Of a DNA stretch of 64,000 bases, positions 25,460-38,927 are shown one piece after another. Under the pieces are notes generated by a model that did not search any database, was not told the origin of the DNA, and saw nothing but the letters and a program-made list of their open reading frames with translations. The position numbers and the translations under genes were made by a program. The DNA is from Mobula birostris (Eukaryota). How positions within the stretch are numbered: position 1 is the first letter of the stretch; every line of letters starts with the position of its first letter. Location: contig NC_092382.1 in NCBI RefSeq assembly GCF_030028105.1, positions 98,472,699-98,536,698 of the forward strand, written 5' to 3'.

Positions 25460-25640
25460 CAAGAAGAGCTACAATTGCGAGTGCAGGGTAGTAAAACTCT
25501 TGGACTCTCCGAAGCAGGAGACTGATTCGAGTGTCCAAAATCAGCCATTGGTAATCATCAACAAGATGTGGATACAGCAAGAAAACGTACTTCGCAATTC
25601 CTGTAGCATTGGGCGATGCATTTCCAGGATTATAATCCAT
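25460..25640 (-). CDS. GPCR copy 2, coding exon 1
   Basis: ATG at 25640 (MDYNPGNASPNATG...YYPALAIVALL), donor G|GTAAGT, 181 nt. Confidence 0.88.
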
Positions 25641-25769
25641 TGCTGGGATTCGTGTTCCCGATCCAGCCCCTGTCTTCTCTCTGCCTGCAGCCGCTGGTCT
25701 CTGATAGCGTAGACTGGCGGCTCTCTCTGAAACTGTGGTTGTGAGGGAGACATATTAATAGAAAAGGGA

Positions 25770-26020
25770 ACCAGCAGCCACACCTCCGCCGTGACGACGA
25801 CAATCCCTACGGACACTCCCTTCATTAAACTCTCCGGAATGACAGGTGCAATTAACCCTTTATTTGCTTCAGAGAAGCGATATCAAAGCAGATTGCAAGT
25901 GTATACAATAATCCCACCAGTTGGCTGTCCACAGATGCGTGCCCTGTCTGTAGATGGACACAAAACTGAGAAACTTTTTGACACACAGCTGGACACTGAT
26001 ATACAACCAGACTGAAAAGG
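25770..26020 (-). promoter_or_regulatory. Conserved upstream block of GPCR copy 2
   Basis: Paralogous to 7400-7660. Confidence 0.5.
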
Positions 26021-26115
26021 AAGGTACACGCAGCAAATAAAAAGAAAACTATAATGATATACACAGTTTAAAATAATTATTGCATAGATAGTTCTTAAAA
26101 AATTATAGTTGTATA

Positions 26116-27752
26116 CAGTGGCATGCAATGGTTTGGGCACCCTAGTCAAAATTTGTGTACCTGTAATAGCTCAGCGAGTAAAAGGTGACCTGATTTCCAA
26201 AAAAAAGCATAAAGTTAAAGATGACAGATTTCTTCAATAACTGAAGCAGGATTACTTTATATTTTTCCCATCCTTTACTGTTACAAAATAACAAACATGG
26301 AAAAGGTTCTGAAGCAAAAGTTTGCGCACTCTGCATGGTCAGTACTTGGTACTCCCCCTTTGGCAAGTATCAAAACTTGTGAACGCTTTTCGTAGCCGAA
26401 CAAGTGTCTTTCAATGATGTTTGGGGATTTTCGTCTACTCTCCCTTGTAAAAGGCTTCTCGTTCTGTGCGATTCTTGCGCCGTCTTGTATGCACTGTTTT
26501 TTTGAGGTTTATCTAAAGATTTTCGATGATATTGTGGTCGGCGGACTGCAAGGGGCATGGTAAAACCTTCAGCTTGTGCCTCTTGAGGTAGTCTATTGTG
26601 GAGTTTGAGGTGTGTTTCGGATCATTATCGTGTTGCAGAAGTCATCCTTTTTTGATCAGGAGCTTTAGAATAGACGGTGTGATGTTTGCTTCCAGAATTT
26701 GCTGGTATTTAATTGAATTCATTCCTCCCTCTACCAGTGAAATGTTGGCCGTGCTGTTGCTGCATCAAAATCCCAAATCATGATTGACTCACCCCCGTGC
26801 TTAACGGTTGCAGTGGTGTTATTTTCATGAAATTCCTCACTCTCTTTTTCTCCAAACATACCTTTGCTCATTGCGACCGGTAAGTTAAATTTTAACATCA
26901 TCAGTCCAAAGTACTTGTTTCCAAAATGCATCAGGCTTGTTAAGATGTGCCTTTGCAAACTTCTCACGCTGAGTTTCGTGGTGAGGACGCAGGAAAAGTT
27001 TTTTTTGTTTTTTTTTTTCTGCTGACTCTTCCATGAAGGTCACATGTGTGCATGTGTTGCTGGACAGAAGAACAGTGCACCCCCACTGCAGAGTCTGCGA
27101 AATCTTCCTGAAGGTCTTTTGCAGTCAACTGGGGAATTTAATTTGCTTTTTTTTTTCGCAATCCTACGAGCAGTCTCTCAGATAGTTATCTTGTTCTTCC
27201 AGACCTCAACTTGACCTCCACCGTTTCTGTTAACTGTCATTTCTTAATTGCATTACGAACTGAGGAAACGGCTACATGAACATGCTTTGCTATCTTCTTT
27301 TAGCCTTACCCTGCTTTGAGGGCATCATTTACTTTCATTTTCGGAGGGCTTGGCAGCTGCTTAGAGGAGCCCATGCCTGCTGATTGTTTGGACAATGTTT
27401 GAGGAGTCGGGTTATTTCAAAGGCTTTGAAATTTGCATTCCCTGGGGTTTCCTAACGATGACCGTGAACAAACCAGAGCCCTAACAAGATAATTAAGGTC
27501 TGAGACCTTGGTAAAAGTGTTCAAAGAGCTCAAATCTCTAGGTGTACCCAAACTTCTGCATGGTGCTCTTTTCCTTTATCTTCACTCGAAAATTGATCAA
27601 AGCAACAAATACACGAACCTTGCATCAAATGTTGAAAAGAATAATTCATCTGTAACTTTATGAATTCTGCAGATCAGTTCATCTTCGACTCACTGAACGT
27701 TTCACTGTAGCGGAAATTTTGACCGGGGTCCTCAAATATTTGCATACCAGTG
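26116..27752 (-). mobile_element. Full-length decayed Tc1-like transposon (IR/DR type)
   Basis: TA-flanked; ends CAGTGGCATGCAATGGTTTGGGCACCC and GGGGTCCTCAAATATTTGCATACCAGTG; inner repeats near 26310 and 27545; TVKHGGESIMIW remnant; many frameshifts. Confidence 0.9.
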
Positions 27753-27849
27753 TAGGTAGATTGAAAATGATATGGAGTTTGATTATTTCAAAATAATGAT
27801 TTTTAGAAAAAAGAGTTTTTACCAGCGGCCAATCGGGTCTCCCTGTGAT

Positions 27850-29720
27850 TTAGGAGGAGAGGACAGCACAGGTATAAACGCGACAGGCTGTCGTTAGATT
27901 GAGAAGCAGCTTTGACTAGCGACCAGGAGGCGTTTGTGGTTGACCTGCAAGAGGAAGGCAGGGTCAGATGCAGTGGCCATCGTCTGAATGGGCCGTGAAG
28001 CAAGTGATCTTCAGGCTTCTGCTCGCCGAGGCGTCAGCTCAGGATGCAAAGCAGGCAAAGAAAAGAAAAGCACTTGGCTAAGTCTTTTGTTCCTTCCCTT
28101 CTATATATCTGATCAGATAGGATAACAGAGAAGCCAGGCAGGATAATTAAATGCTCCTCTTGCGGAATCTGGGGAGGCATAGAGAACTCCAGTAACCCTG
28201 ACGACGACAGCTTCGAGAGTTGCGTTCAGCTGCAGCTTCTGACAATCCGCGTTAACATAGAACATAGAACATAGAACGTAGTATAGTACAGTACAGTACA
28301 GGCCCTTCAGCACACAATGTTGTGCCGACTCTCAAACCCTGCCTCTCATATAACCCCCCACCTTAAATTCCTCCATATACCTGTCTAGTAGTCTCTTAAA
28401 CTTCACTAGTGTATCTGCCTCCACCACTGACTCTGGCAGTGCATTCTACGCACCAAAAATTCTCTGAGTTAAAAACCTTCCTATAATATCGCTCTTCAAC
28501 TTCCCACCCCTTACCTAAAAGCCATGTCCTCTTGTATTGAGCAGTGGTGGCCTGGGGAAGAAGCGCTGGCTATCCACTCTATCTATTCCTCGTATTAACT
28601 TGTACAGCTCTATCATGTCTCCTCTCACCCTCCTTCTCTCCAAGGAGTAAAGCCCTAGCTCCCTTAATCTCTGATCATAATGCATACTTTCTAAACAATC
28701 CAGCATCCTGGCAAATCTCCTCGGTACCCTTTCCAATGCTTCCACATCCTTCCTATAGTGAGGCGACCAGAACTGGACACAGTACTCCAAGTGTGGACTA
28801 ACCAGAGATTTATAGACCTGCATCGTTACATCACGACTCCTAAACTCCATCCCCCGACTTATGAAAGATAACACCCCATAAGCTTTCTTAACTACCCTTT
28901 CTACCTGTGAGGCAGCTTTCAGGGATCTGCGTACATATACCCCCAGATCCCTCTGCCCCTCTACACTACCATGTATCCTGCTATTTACTTTGTACTCTGC
29001 CTTGGAGTTTGTCCTTCCAAAGTGAACCACCTCACACTTGCCGGGTTGAACTCCATCTGCCATTCAGGAGGTGGAGCTAGAACTGGACGAGCTGCAGATC
29101 ATTCGAGAGGCTGAAGTGGTGATGGACAAGACATATAGAGAGGCAGTTACACTCAGGGTGCAGGGCACAGGAGACTGTCTGACAGTCATGAAGGAAAAAC
29201 GGCTGAAGGGGACAGGGCAGAGTTCTCTTCTCGACATCTCGCTCAACATTTTGGATACCGTCGCGGAGTTTGTGGGGCGGGAGAATCAACTGACAGTGTT
29301 CAGTCACAGTGGTCAGTCGCAGGCGCTTAGTTTGCCTCTGTGACTCAGAAGGGAAGTGTGCTTTGAGCGGTGACTGTCTGGGTGTGGGGGGTTGCGAGGA
29401 GCGGAAGCGTAGAAGTCATGATGTGATGATAAGAAATTCGATAGTGGTGCGGACAGGTGGTTCTGTCTCTGCACCTTCAGGGATATCTCGGAACGAGTCC
29501 TCATCATTCTTAAGTGGGAATGTGAACTGCTCGAAATCGTAGCCTGTTGAGTTACCAATGACATGTGTGTGATGAACGATGCTGTTCTGCACTGCCAGTC
29601 CGGGAGTTCAGAGCGAATTTAAAAGGGAGAACCACCAGGATCTGCTGCCTGTTCCACGTGCCTGTGAGGCCGGAAACAGGAAAGACTTCCAGAGTAATAG
29701 GTTTCTAAAGAGTTCCTTTT
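27850..29720 (+). mobile_element. Decayed 5' part (UTR/ORF1) of a CR1-like LINE, interrupted by a younger CR1; paralog ~42880-43870
   Basis: ELELDELQIIREAEVVMDKTY coiled-coil region followed by an esterase-like remnant. Confidence 0.65.
28253..29063 (-). mobile_element. 5'-truncated CR1 insertion with (TTCTATG)n tail, specific to unit 2
   Basis: ORF KCEVVHFGR...LVSPHLEYCVQFWSP...LERRRVRGD; tandem AACATAG tail at 28253-28280; uninterrupted site in unit 3 at ~43245. Confidence 0.9.
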
Positions 29721-30329
29721 ACATCCTAGTCCTCTGGAAATGGATGCTAAAATTGCATTTGTCTTCCTCACCTTTCTGCAAATTTTCCTGTAGGGAATCC
29801 TCCCAAAAGGCTCTGCACCTCTGCTTATTTCTCCATTGTTAAAATAGAACAGGCAGAAACAAATTATATACAGTTTATGGTATGGGGAACGCGTTGTTTT
29901 CAAACACCAGTCCTCAGAAAGTGGATTGGAACATGAATTCGGCTCCCTTAGCTCTGACTCAAACTGCAGATTTTCCTGTGGCTCTGCACTCTTATTTTCA
30001 ATTCAGATATTCTTCCCAGTTACGAAATAGTCCGCGACTTTATTCCCTCTGCCAAAGAGTAAGACTGGACACTTCCCTGCATCAAGTTCTTGCTGCCAAT
30101 TCTTTGCCTGTGGTCCTGTTTGCTAATTCCTTTTGTAAACACTATGCTTCCTAATCTCTACCTGCCCTTCCATCTACCTTCGCATGGGTCTGAAACCCTG
30201 TCAGAAAACCATAAAATCCTTCATCCAAATCATTGACGGTCAACACCATAAGAAGGGGTCCCAACACCGATTCCTGCGGAACTCCACTGATTACCGCTGT
30301 CCGATCAGAAAATGACCTACGCCGTAATG

Positions 30330-31400
30330 TTTCTGGACATCTCCAGAAGGCCGCAATATTAAACAACACCAAGATAGTCTGAAAGTTCCGGGCAAATGAG
30401 AAATGAGCGTGCTTGGCTATGTCCGGACATCAGGTTTCACCAGCTGCTGAGAAACTGAAAAGACCGAACGACTTAATATAAATACAAGAGTCAGATGACA
30501 ACGAACTATATAACTACCGAGCAGTAATTATAGGTAGGCCAATCCACAGTAACCGTCCGGATATAGTAACACAGGATAGACAAAGAACAACAGCTTATTC
30601 AATAGATAAAGCCATTGCATTCACACTAAACATAGATAAATTAGTGCTTGCAAAACAGAGCAATCTGCTGAATTCACCCTTACACACTGTTCACATTCTA
30701 TACCTTCACAGTATGATCCGAGACAAGATTGACCCGACCCGAGAATCCCCTCATAACAAGTTCCTGTACCAACTTCTGAACCACAGATCGTTTTACAATG
30801 TACAGATACACCATTGGACATGAATAACTGGGTGATTCATCCTTTATTAATGTTTTAGGGGGCAAGCAGAGCGTAGTTTACAGAGAAAAAATCGTTTATG
30901 GGGAAAAAGCATCTACTATCACAACATCCTGTCCTATTTTACCTCAGACATGAAAACATAATAGCCATTGTGATTTAAATATATTTGCTGAAACTGAAAA
31001 TGGAAAGAACATTCTGGAACTCTGGAGTTAATTATATAGCTATTTATAATCATTACTACCATCAAACACTGACCTCACTGCTATATCATAAAATATCCTC
31101 ATAACTGATATGTAATTATAATTGTAATATGTAATTATTAATTCAACAATATTAAGCACAACCAATATAGTCTGAAAGTTCCCAGCAACTGAGAAATGTA
31201 TGTGCTGGCCATGTCCGGACCAGCTGCTGAGAAACAGAAAAGACACAACAATTTACTATCAATACAAGTTAGATTCCTACAAATTACATGCCAATTGGTC
31301 AGTTACTACAGATATGAAAATCCTTAATAACTGCCCGGATAAAATAACACAGGATAGACAAAGAACAACAACTCATTTAATAGATATAGTCATTCGGAAC
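30330..31400 (+). mobile_element. Two short fragments (~30330-30625, ~31160-31400) of an R4/Dong-like non-LTR element restriction-like endonuclease; another at ~44510-44715
   Basis: Translation NWSVTTD..I.NNCPD.ITQDRQ..T.HLIDIVI fits the (R)PD-x12-14-D RLE pattern. Confidence 0.55.
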
Positions 31401-34400
31401 ATATTAGGTGTTCTGCACGAGGACTCCCAATTTTCTTTGCAGCGCAGTCAGGTCTGCACGATTAGCAATTCGTCTGCACATTTAATTCTGCTACCAAAGT
31501 GCTTGACCATGCATTATCCAACATTGTATTTCACATTACAATTTCGTCCCAATTCTACTAACCTGTGTAAGGTACTCTGCAAACGACGTCTTTCCTCAAC
31601 AGTACCTGCCCCTACACCAATATTCGTACTGTCTCAAAAATTCGCAGAAAAAAAAGCGGTTCCATCATCTATATAATTAACATAGAACATAACAAAAGTG
31701 TTCCCTGCACCGACAGCTGCGGAACACCGTTTGTCACTGGCAAACAGCCAGCAACGGATCCTTTTTTTTCCCACTCGCTGCCTCCGACCATTCACCCAAT
31801 GCTCCTCGTATTTCTTGTAATACAATGGACTCTTAATTTGCTAAGCAGCCTCATGCGTGGCACCTTGTCAAAGGTCTTTTGAGAGTCCCAATAGACAACA
31901 TCTGTGCACCCTCCTTATCTATCTACATGGCTTCTCCTCAACCAAATCCAGCAGATCTGTCAGGATTTTATCACAATTTCTGAAATATGTATGTCCCTTC
32001 GGCCTGATGATATCTGCGTAGGATACCGAGCGAGACAGCAGAGGAACGTGCTGACTTTGTCCTCCTTTGTCCTCATGCTTAACAATTGAATCCAATATCT
32101 TCCCAACCACTAAGGTCTGGCTATCTGATACATATTTCCCTTTCTGCTACCTTCCTCCTTTCCTAAAGAATCTGGTGGCAGTTACAATCTTTCAGTCCTC
32201 TGACACTGTGCCAGAATCCAATGGTTTTCAGAAAGATCATTAAAAATGCCTCAGCATCTCAATCGCTCATTCTTTTCCAACCCAAAGGTGTAGTTCATCA
32301 GGCCCGGGTGACTTATGTACGCTTAGTTCTTTCAGGTGATTGAGCACCTTCTCTATTGTAACAGAAAGCGAGCCCACCTCTCTTCCTTCACACACGACAA
32401 CATCAGGCAAACTGCTGGAGTCTCCCACAGTGAAGACTGATGCTACATACTCATACAACTCAACTGCCATCTCATTGTTCCCCGTTGTTTTTTTCTCTTG
32501 CCTCATTTTCTAGCGGTCCTATATCCCCTTTCATCTCTCATTTAATTTTATGTACTGAAAAATGCTGTTACTATCCGCTTGGAAATTTTTTGGTCATCTT
32601 GCTTCGAATTTCATCTTTTCCTTCTAATGAATCGTTCAGTTGCTCTCCGTATGTTTAATCTTCATCTTTGCGCTGTTCTATGCTCTCTCCTTAGTGTAAG
32701 GGGGTTTCGTCTGTTATGTTACTGCGGAGGCTACATTTACTTTGGCGTTCGGTTTGACTTCCCTTGTCAGCCACGATGGTACTATTTTGCTTTTTGCCTC
32801 TTTCTTTGTTTTTACAATAGATCTATTCTGCACGTTCCCCGGTTTTACCAGAAACTCACGTCATTTCTGCACTGCAAACAACGCTGAAAGCATCTCCTTT
32901 AAATTCCTTCGGCCGAGAGTTTCACATACCACTGTAATCTCGTTTACTGCACTGAAACACTACTGCGTCAGACTTTAAATTCTTCTTGTCGCATGTCAAT
33001 TTGAAGTCAATCATAGTGTGATCACTGCCTTTGATTTCAACGCTGTGACTCAGAATTGAAGGGAGAGAGCAGGAGTTACAGCGGATTAAATAGTTAGAGG
33101 AGCAGACGGGAGGTTCAGTGGAGACACCAAGATGGAGGGGAAAAAAGGCCGTGATATGGGGGGCAGCGGGATCCTGATCCAATGCAGAGTTGGGTTCACT
33201 AAAATGTCTCAACACTTTTGACGCAATATCATCATTCCCTGCAATAATATCGTTAGCCTCATGATCTTGTATATTGTATATCCGTTTCTGTGGTGAATGC
33301 CGGTTCCAGGTAATCATGAAGGATTTTCAGCACTTCCTGTCTCCAGATATGCTGCTTTCTTCATTAAAAGGCCCACCATTCTCCTCGCTCCCCATTTGTT
33401 CCTCATTTTCCTTTTGGATAGCCCTTGTTTCAACAATCGCGTTTTGTTTAATAACAATTTAATCTTCGTTTAAGCCAGTGCGAAGATGGATCTGAGAAGA
33501 TTCCAACTGGTGTGAGTCCGAGGAAGTACCGGTTAATCATGTGTAGGAGTTAAATTGGGTGAATTTTTGCACTTCGGAATATGTGCTAGTGCGAGGGGTC
33601 CCGGGTTCAAATCCCGAACGAGCCCCACAAGTGTAACGCTGATTGCTAACCTCTCGTGTTTATCGAGGGGAAACCACGTCCGCCCACCAAACCTCACGAT
33701 TGCTTAGTTGCTGTGTAATGCACCCTGCTTTAAACTCACACATGAAGTATCAGACATCACGATTTGCAGATTACACATTATAGAACTTACTGGAACTATG
33801 GAATTAATAGAGATATAATATAAAAGAAAGTAAATGGCGCCAAACTTATCAGAGTTCAACGCGCAACTGTTGGAGCTCAATTAACGGGGTCTTCTTTTCA
33901 CCACGCGATCTCCTCCGACCTCCTCCACCCGCCCCTGTGACCAAAGACAGTGGTCGACCACAGCGCGTACAGCACGTCCTTCCTCTTCGGTTCTCCTCCC
34001 GAAAATCCGGGAACTCACCCGGGTTCCCACACATACAGATAGAATAGCATTGGCACTCATGGGTTCGTTCGTACCCTTTTCAATAATATTAAAACAAGCA
34101 AGCAGGGGGATAGAGAACTCTTTATTTCGCAGTTATTATTACAGGAAAACCATTTTATATGACATACAAAGAATACATTTTAGACACCTCAGCAGCCAGT
34201 GTAAACAAGACCCAGTTACAATTGCAAGAATGAAGACGTAATATTGCTACGGCCTTAATTAACTTGCTCATGCCCACTCCAGCTGCAGGCGAAGTCCCGC
34301 AGGACTGGCCAATGATAATGTTTTATCTCTTTTTAAAACTATGGATAAGTGAGACTCATTTCAGTATATGGACAATGGAGGTAAATTTTTTATGTACAGG

Positions 34401-35629
34401 ATTTACGAGATTAGAAAACTCAGCCAGATTTATAAGAACTAGCATGGCTCTGTTCGGGGCAAATCTTGTCTTACAACTTGAAAAAGTATTTTAACAAGGT
34501 GACGACAGGGATTGACGAGGGTATGCAGTGGATGCTGTCCACATAGTATCAGTCAGACGTTTGACATACTCACTCAAGGGGAGAGGCAAAGGGAACGGCG
34601 GCGAATTGGCTGATGGACTCAGAACATATTTGCGCATAGACGGCAGAGTGAGATGACCGAATGGACTTATCCGAGATGGAGATCTGCAATTAGTGATGCT
34701 CGGCAGTGATCTGTGCTGGGATCCCTGATGCTTGTGATGTATCTAAATGACATGGATGAAAATCTAGGTGGGTTCGCTCGTACATTTGCGGTTGATGCCA
34801 AGATTGATGGAGTTGTGGCCACTGTAGAAAACTGGCAAAGCACAGATGAGTTGCAGATATTAACAGTGACAGGACAGATGGAAATTAACCCAGATAAATC
34901 TGTATGCAGAACGCTAGTATCAAGTAAATTTAAAGAAACAGTACAGTGTTTGGGCAAGCTCCTGAAGAGTGTTGCTGAACAGAGCTACCCTGGGATCTAA
35001 GGTCACAGCCTCTTGAAAGTGGCTACGCAGGTCAACAAGGTGATTAAGAGACTTTTAGATTGCCTAATTTTATCAGTCGAAGCAACGATCTCAAATCAAG
35101 ACGTTATGTTTCAAATTATGAAAACTCTGGTCAGGCCACATCGGAACGCTGCCCGGTTTATACAACATATCTTATGACGGGTCGTTTTCTCTGAAGCGCC
35201 GGAGGTTCAGGGGAGATTTATCAGAGATGTGTAAGCTTATTAGAGGCACCGAGAGAGAAATAGAGAGTATCTGTACCCCAGTGTTCAAATATCTAAGACA
35301 AAAGGCTATGCATCGAAAATAAGAGGAAGTAGATTCAAGCGGGATGTGAGGAATAGTTGTTGTTTTTTTTTCACTCTGAGACCGTAGATGCCTGGAATGC
35401 GCAGCCTGGTATGGACGTGGAGTCAAATACATCAGGTGATTTTAAGAGACGTCTGGATACTCATAAGGATGTAAGAAGATGGAGGATATTAAAATTGCTG
35501 ACGTAGGACTGATGAGTGCTTGGGTATTCTTAAGCTCTATGATCCGAAAATCAGTCCATATGTCATAGAAACACGAGGAAATCTGTCATGGTGCAGGACA
35601 TTGTCGGGGTTTGAATCTTTGAGGTGTAT

Positions 35630-35830
35630 TAACTGTTATGATCGTGGTCGTGTGAGTGCTAACGCCCCTGTATCTCCGTCCAGGTGGCAGCAGCGTGAAA
35701 AGAGCATGGCCTGGGTCATGGCGATCACTGATGGTGGATTTTGCTTCCCTGCGACTACGTTCCTTGTAGATGTATTCAATAATGAGGAAGGTTTTCCCCG
35801 TGATGGACTGGGATGTATTCACATTACTTT
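35630..35830 (-). mobile_element. Rex1/Babar-like LINE 3' fragment (also ~20520-20650 and ~62320-62640)
   Basis: Translations HDPGHALFTLLPPGRRYR and HHPGHAHFSLLP. Confidence 0.6.
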
Positions 35831-36014
35831 AAAAGAACATTTTCTTTACAGCCGGTACAGGAACCCATACACTGGTTGCATAACCGTGACCTCAGTACGG
35901 GTTCCGATGCCGCTCCAGCAGCTTAAAATGACTCCGCACTGATCTGCCTCCTGGCGCTGAACCCTGCATGCGGGACCTGTGCTGCGCCGGCCCGCAGGGT
36001 CTCCCGCACCCACG

Positions 36015-36230
36015 TTCAGGTGCCTTTCTGCTGAGGTGACACTCCACCTGCCAGTCTGCCGGTTTCGTCTGATGTACCCGGTGTTGCCAGTGCAGTGAGG
36101 CCTCCACCTCTTCGGTGAGATCCGAATGGTTACAGGGGAACGTTTCTGCGAGTCCCTCGGCACCGTCGTGCGCAATAGTTAGAACTGCCTCTGGTCAGCA
36201 AATCTACTCCATCTTCCTATTCCCATACTG
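36015..36230 (+). mobile_element. Penelope-like element GIY-YIG endonuclease remnant
   Basis: Degenerate match to FTC.S..V.Y...C..C...(Y)IGE....GERF.E.L...V. Pyrimidine-rich PLE-like 3' sequence follows at ~36600-36950. Confidence 0.55.
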
Positions 36231-38001
36231 AGAGTTTATTCCTGAAATATTTATTATAATTACAAATCGAGCGCCGCCCCAACAAATATCAGAGAATGCG
36301 ATTTCACCCTAAATTAATCAGGGAACAATTTACAAAAAGTAATTAACCAACCGGACAGCTCTTTTAAGTGTGAAAAGACAGATGGTGAACACGAGCACAT
36401 TGAACGAGTGGGACATACAGATTGTCCTTACTGAGGACACTGCAAATTATCTCAGATCTCCGACCCTAACCGTTAGGCTAAGGGCCTGCCCACTGTCTTT
36501 GTGGCTGGAATGATATTTTTTAGGGGAAACAGTTCGTATTCTGTCTGTGTAGTTTACTACCTAAGTGTATGAACATCGATTTCTCCAGCACCAACTCCTT
36601 TGTCCCCTCTCACTATTTTCTCCTGTTTCATCCACGTTCCTGGTTCCTCTCTGGTTTCTTGTTCTCAGCTCACTTACCCATCTTCTCCCCCGGTGAACCC
36701 CCTTCCTCGCTTTCGTGTACTAGCCAGTGTCCTCAGGGTCCCACATCTACGTTCTCGCACAGTTTCCGCCGATCACCGTTCAGTTTTTTACATACCCCAC
36801 CTGATCCTACACTGTCCATCACTTATTTTCACCCCCCCCCCGTCAGTAGGTAATCCACCTCATCGTCCCCTCAGCCAGCCCCTTGACCTTTCCAATCCAG
36901 AAAAAGTCTCTCCAAAGTGTCAGCTGTTCATTCTCTTCATTGGAACATGACAGCACCAGAGCAGTCCCGTCGGCCCACAAAGTCCCGCTGTACCAGTCAG
37001 ATAAGTAACCTAATGACTAACCAATCTTATCTGCTTGAATTATCAGCATGTCCTTCCATTTTCCTCAGAGGCACATGTCTGTCTCAGCAGCTCCTCAATG
37101 TCTCCCCTCCTTGTGTCCCTTCCACCACACCAGGAAGTGCATCCCATGCACCCACTGCTCTCTGTGTAAAGGTCTTGCTCTTTGGAGTTCATTTGAAATT
37201 ACCACCCGAAGATCTTCCGGTGCCTTGTGTATGTTTCAAATTAAATTTTGGGTCGTCTGTAACATTATTAGTCAACTCATTTACATGCATCCGAGTCATT
37301 TATAAATATCACAAATCCTAGAACAGCTCACTGTCCAACTTTATCTACAGACTGTTATTTCTCCATTGTAGTTAAAATGCGATTCCCGGGTGACACATTG
37401 AAATCTCTGCATTGTCGACTGCCATCTTCTGGTGGCATACGAATCTACTTTTCTTTTATTTTTGCATAGTGTATCAAACAGCAGAGGGGTCATAGTCATA
37501 GATTTACACGCCGGGGAGATATTCCCGTATTTCTCTATCGTTTCGAAGCAACAGACACCGAACTGTCGTATTACTTTAACACAGTTATGATTTCTATGAC
37601 CACATTTTCAACCTATCTGCACTTTTACCGAGCACCTTCAACTCTCCAACTCCATCACGTTTTGTGTCACTTGGAGGCATATTAATGAATCAGCACAATT
37701 TTCATCCAAATTAAACGCCATTACATCTCCAACACTTGTGACATGCAGAATCGCTGCCCTCCACCCCTAAGCTCTGTCCTCTATGTCCAGGACAAACTGG
37801 AATCCATGCTATCCAATGCAGCTCGGTGTCGTGGATCAGCCTACCGGAAGAGATCAGTCTCAAAAGACCTACTTCCAGTAGGTTCCCAACTGTAGGGCCT
37901 TGGCTAACTCAATGCATCACGGTCCCAGTGGCCTTTCAATTTATAATGACCAATTAACCTACCAGATGCAATGGGATATCTTGGGCGGTATGGGAGAAGT
38001 G

Positions 38002-38927
38002 TCACCGAGGATTAATGCAATCCTGACAACGCCGAATGAACTTTGCCATGAGACAGAAGGGCGATTTCACCGTCTCCTTCAGCTGCACCCTGAACCTGGC
38101 CTGGACCACGGCGTAAAGGGCCGTGTTGGTGCAGCAGCTGAGAAGCTGCAGCATGTAGCCCAGCTCCCGCAGAGAACTCGGGGGAAAAGAATGGAAGTGA
38201 AAATACATGCTTTCCCATATGGAATCCACCGTCAGCAGCGCCCACAGCAGGATGAAATTCCCCGACATAACCAGCAGTAACAGGAGGGCTTGCCTGCGGT
38301 TCTTCATCTCCGGGTCGGCGGGCATTTCGCCAACCCGCGAACCACGGAGTCTCCTCCGGGCTCGGCTGGCTACGAAGACGTGTCTGATGGTTAAAGTATT
38401 GAGCAGGAGTATCAGAACAAAGGGGAATATTGGGGTGAGGAGGAAATGAATCAGTCGAAATGTTGACAGCTGAGAAATGCAAAATGAACGGTTGCTACTA
38501 AGGCAGAGCAAGGAACTATTTAATGACGAATATAACTCATCGAGCATAAAGTACCAGAATATGTTCTTTACGCAGCTCAGCACAGTCACTGTCCCCAGAA
38601 CCAGAGCCGCCGCTCTCCCGGTGCAGTATCTTCGTTTCAGCTCCTGAAAACAAATGGCGACAAACCGATCAAAGGTGAAAGTGACGGTGAACCAGACAGA
38701 ACAGTCCGTGGCGGCGTAGAACCCGACAGCGTGTATATTACACACGGGAAGACGAATTGACCAGTAGTCAAACTCTGTTGGCCAATAAGTCACTGGAATC
38801 TTGCTCAATACCAGATCGAAGAGAACGACGAGCTGATCCGCTGCTACCATGGCAACCAGGTACCTTGTGACGCCTTTGGAGAGACCGCACTTTCCCCGAG
38901 ACAGGATGACGATTGCCACCACGTTCA
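38002..38927 (-). CDS. GPCR copy 3, coding exon 2
   Basis: Same acceptor and motifs; TGA at 38002-38004. With exon 42012-42192 gives 1107 nt = 368 aa. Confidence 0.92.

Noticed and set aside
37900-38482. Antisense and alternate-frame ORFs over GPCR exon 2 (also 2407-2601 and 22039-22269)
   Set aside because: Shadow ORFs of GC-rich coding sequence; lengths and ends are not conserved among copies and no domain is recognisable.
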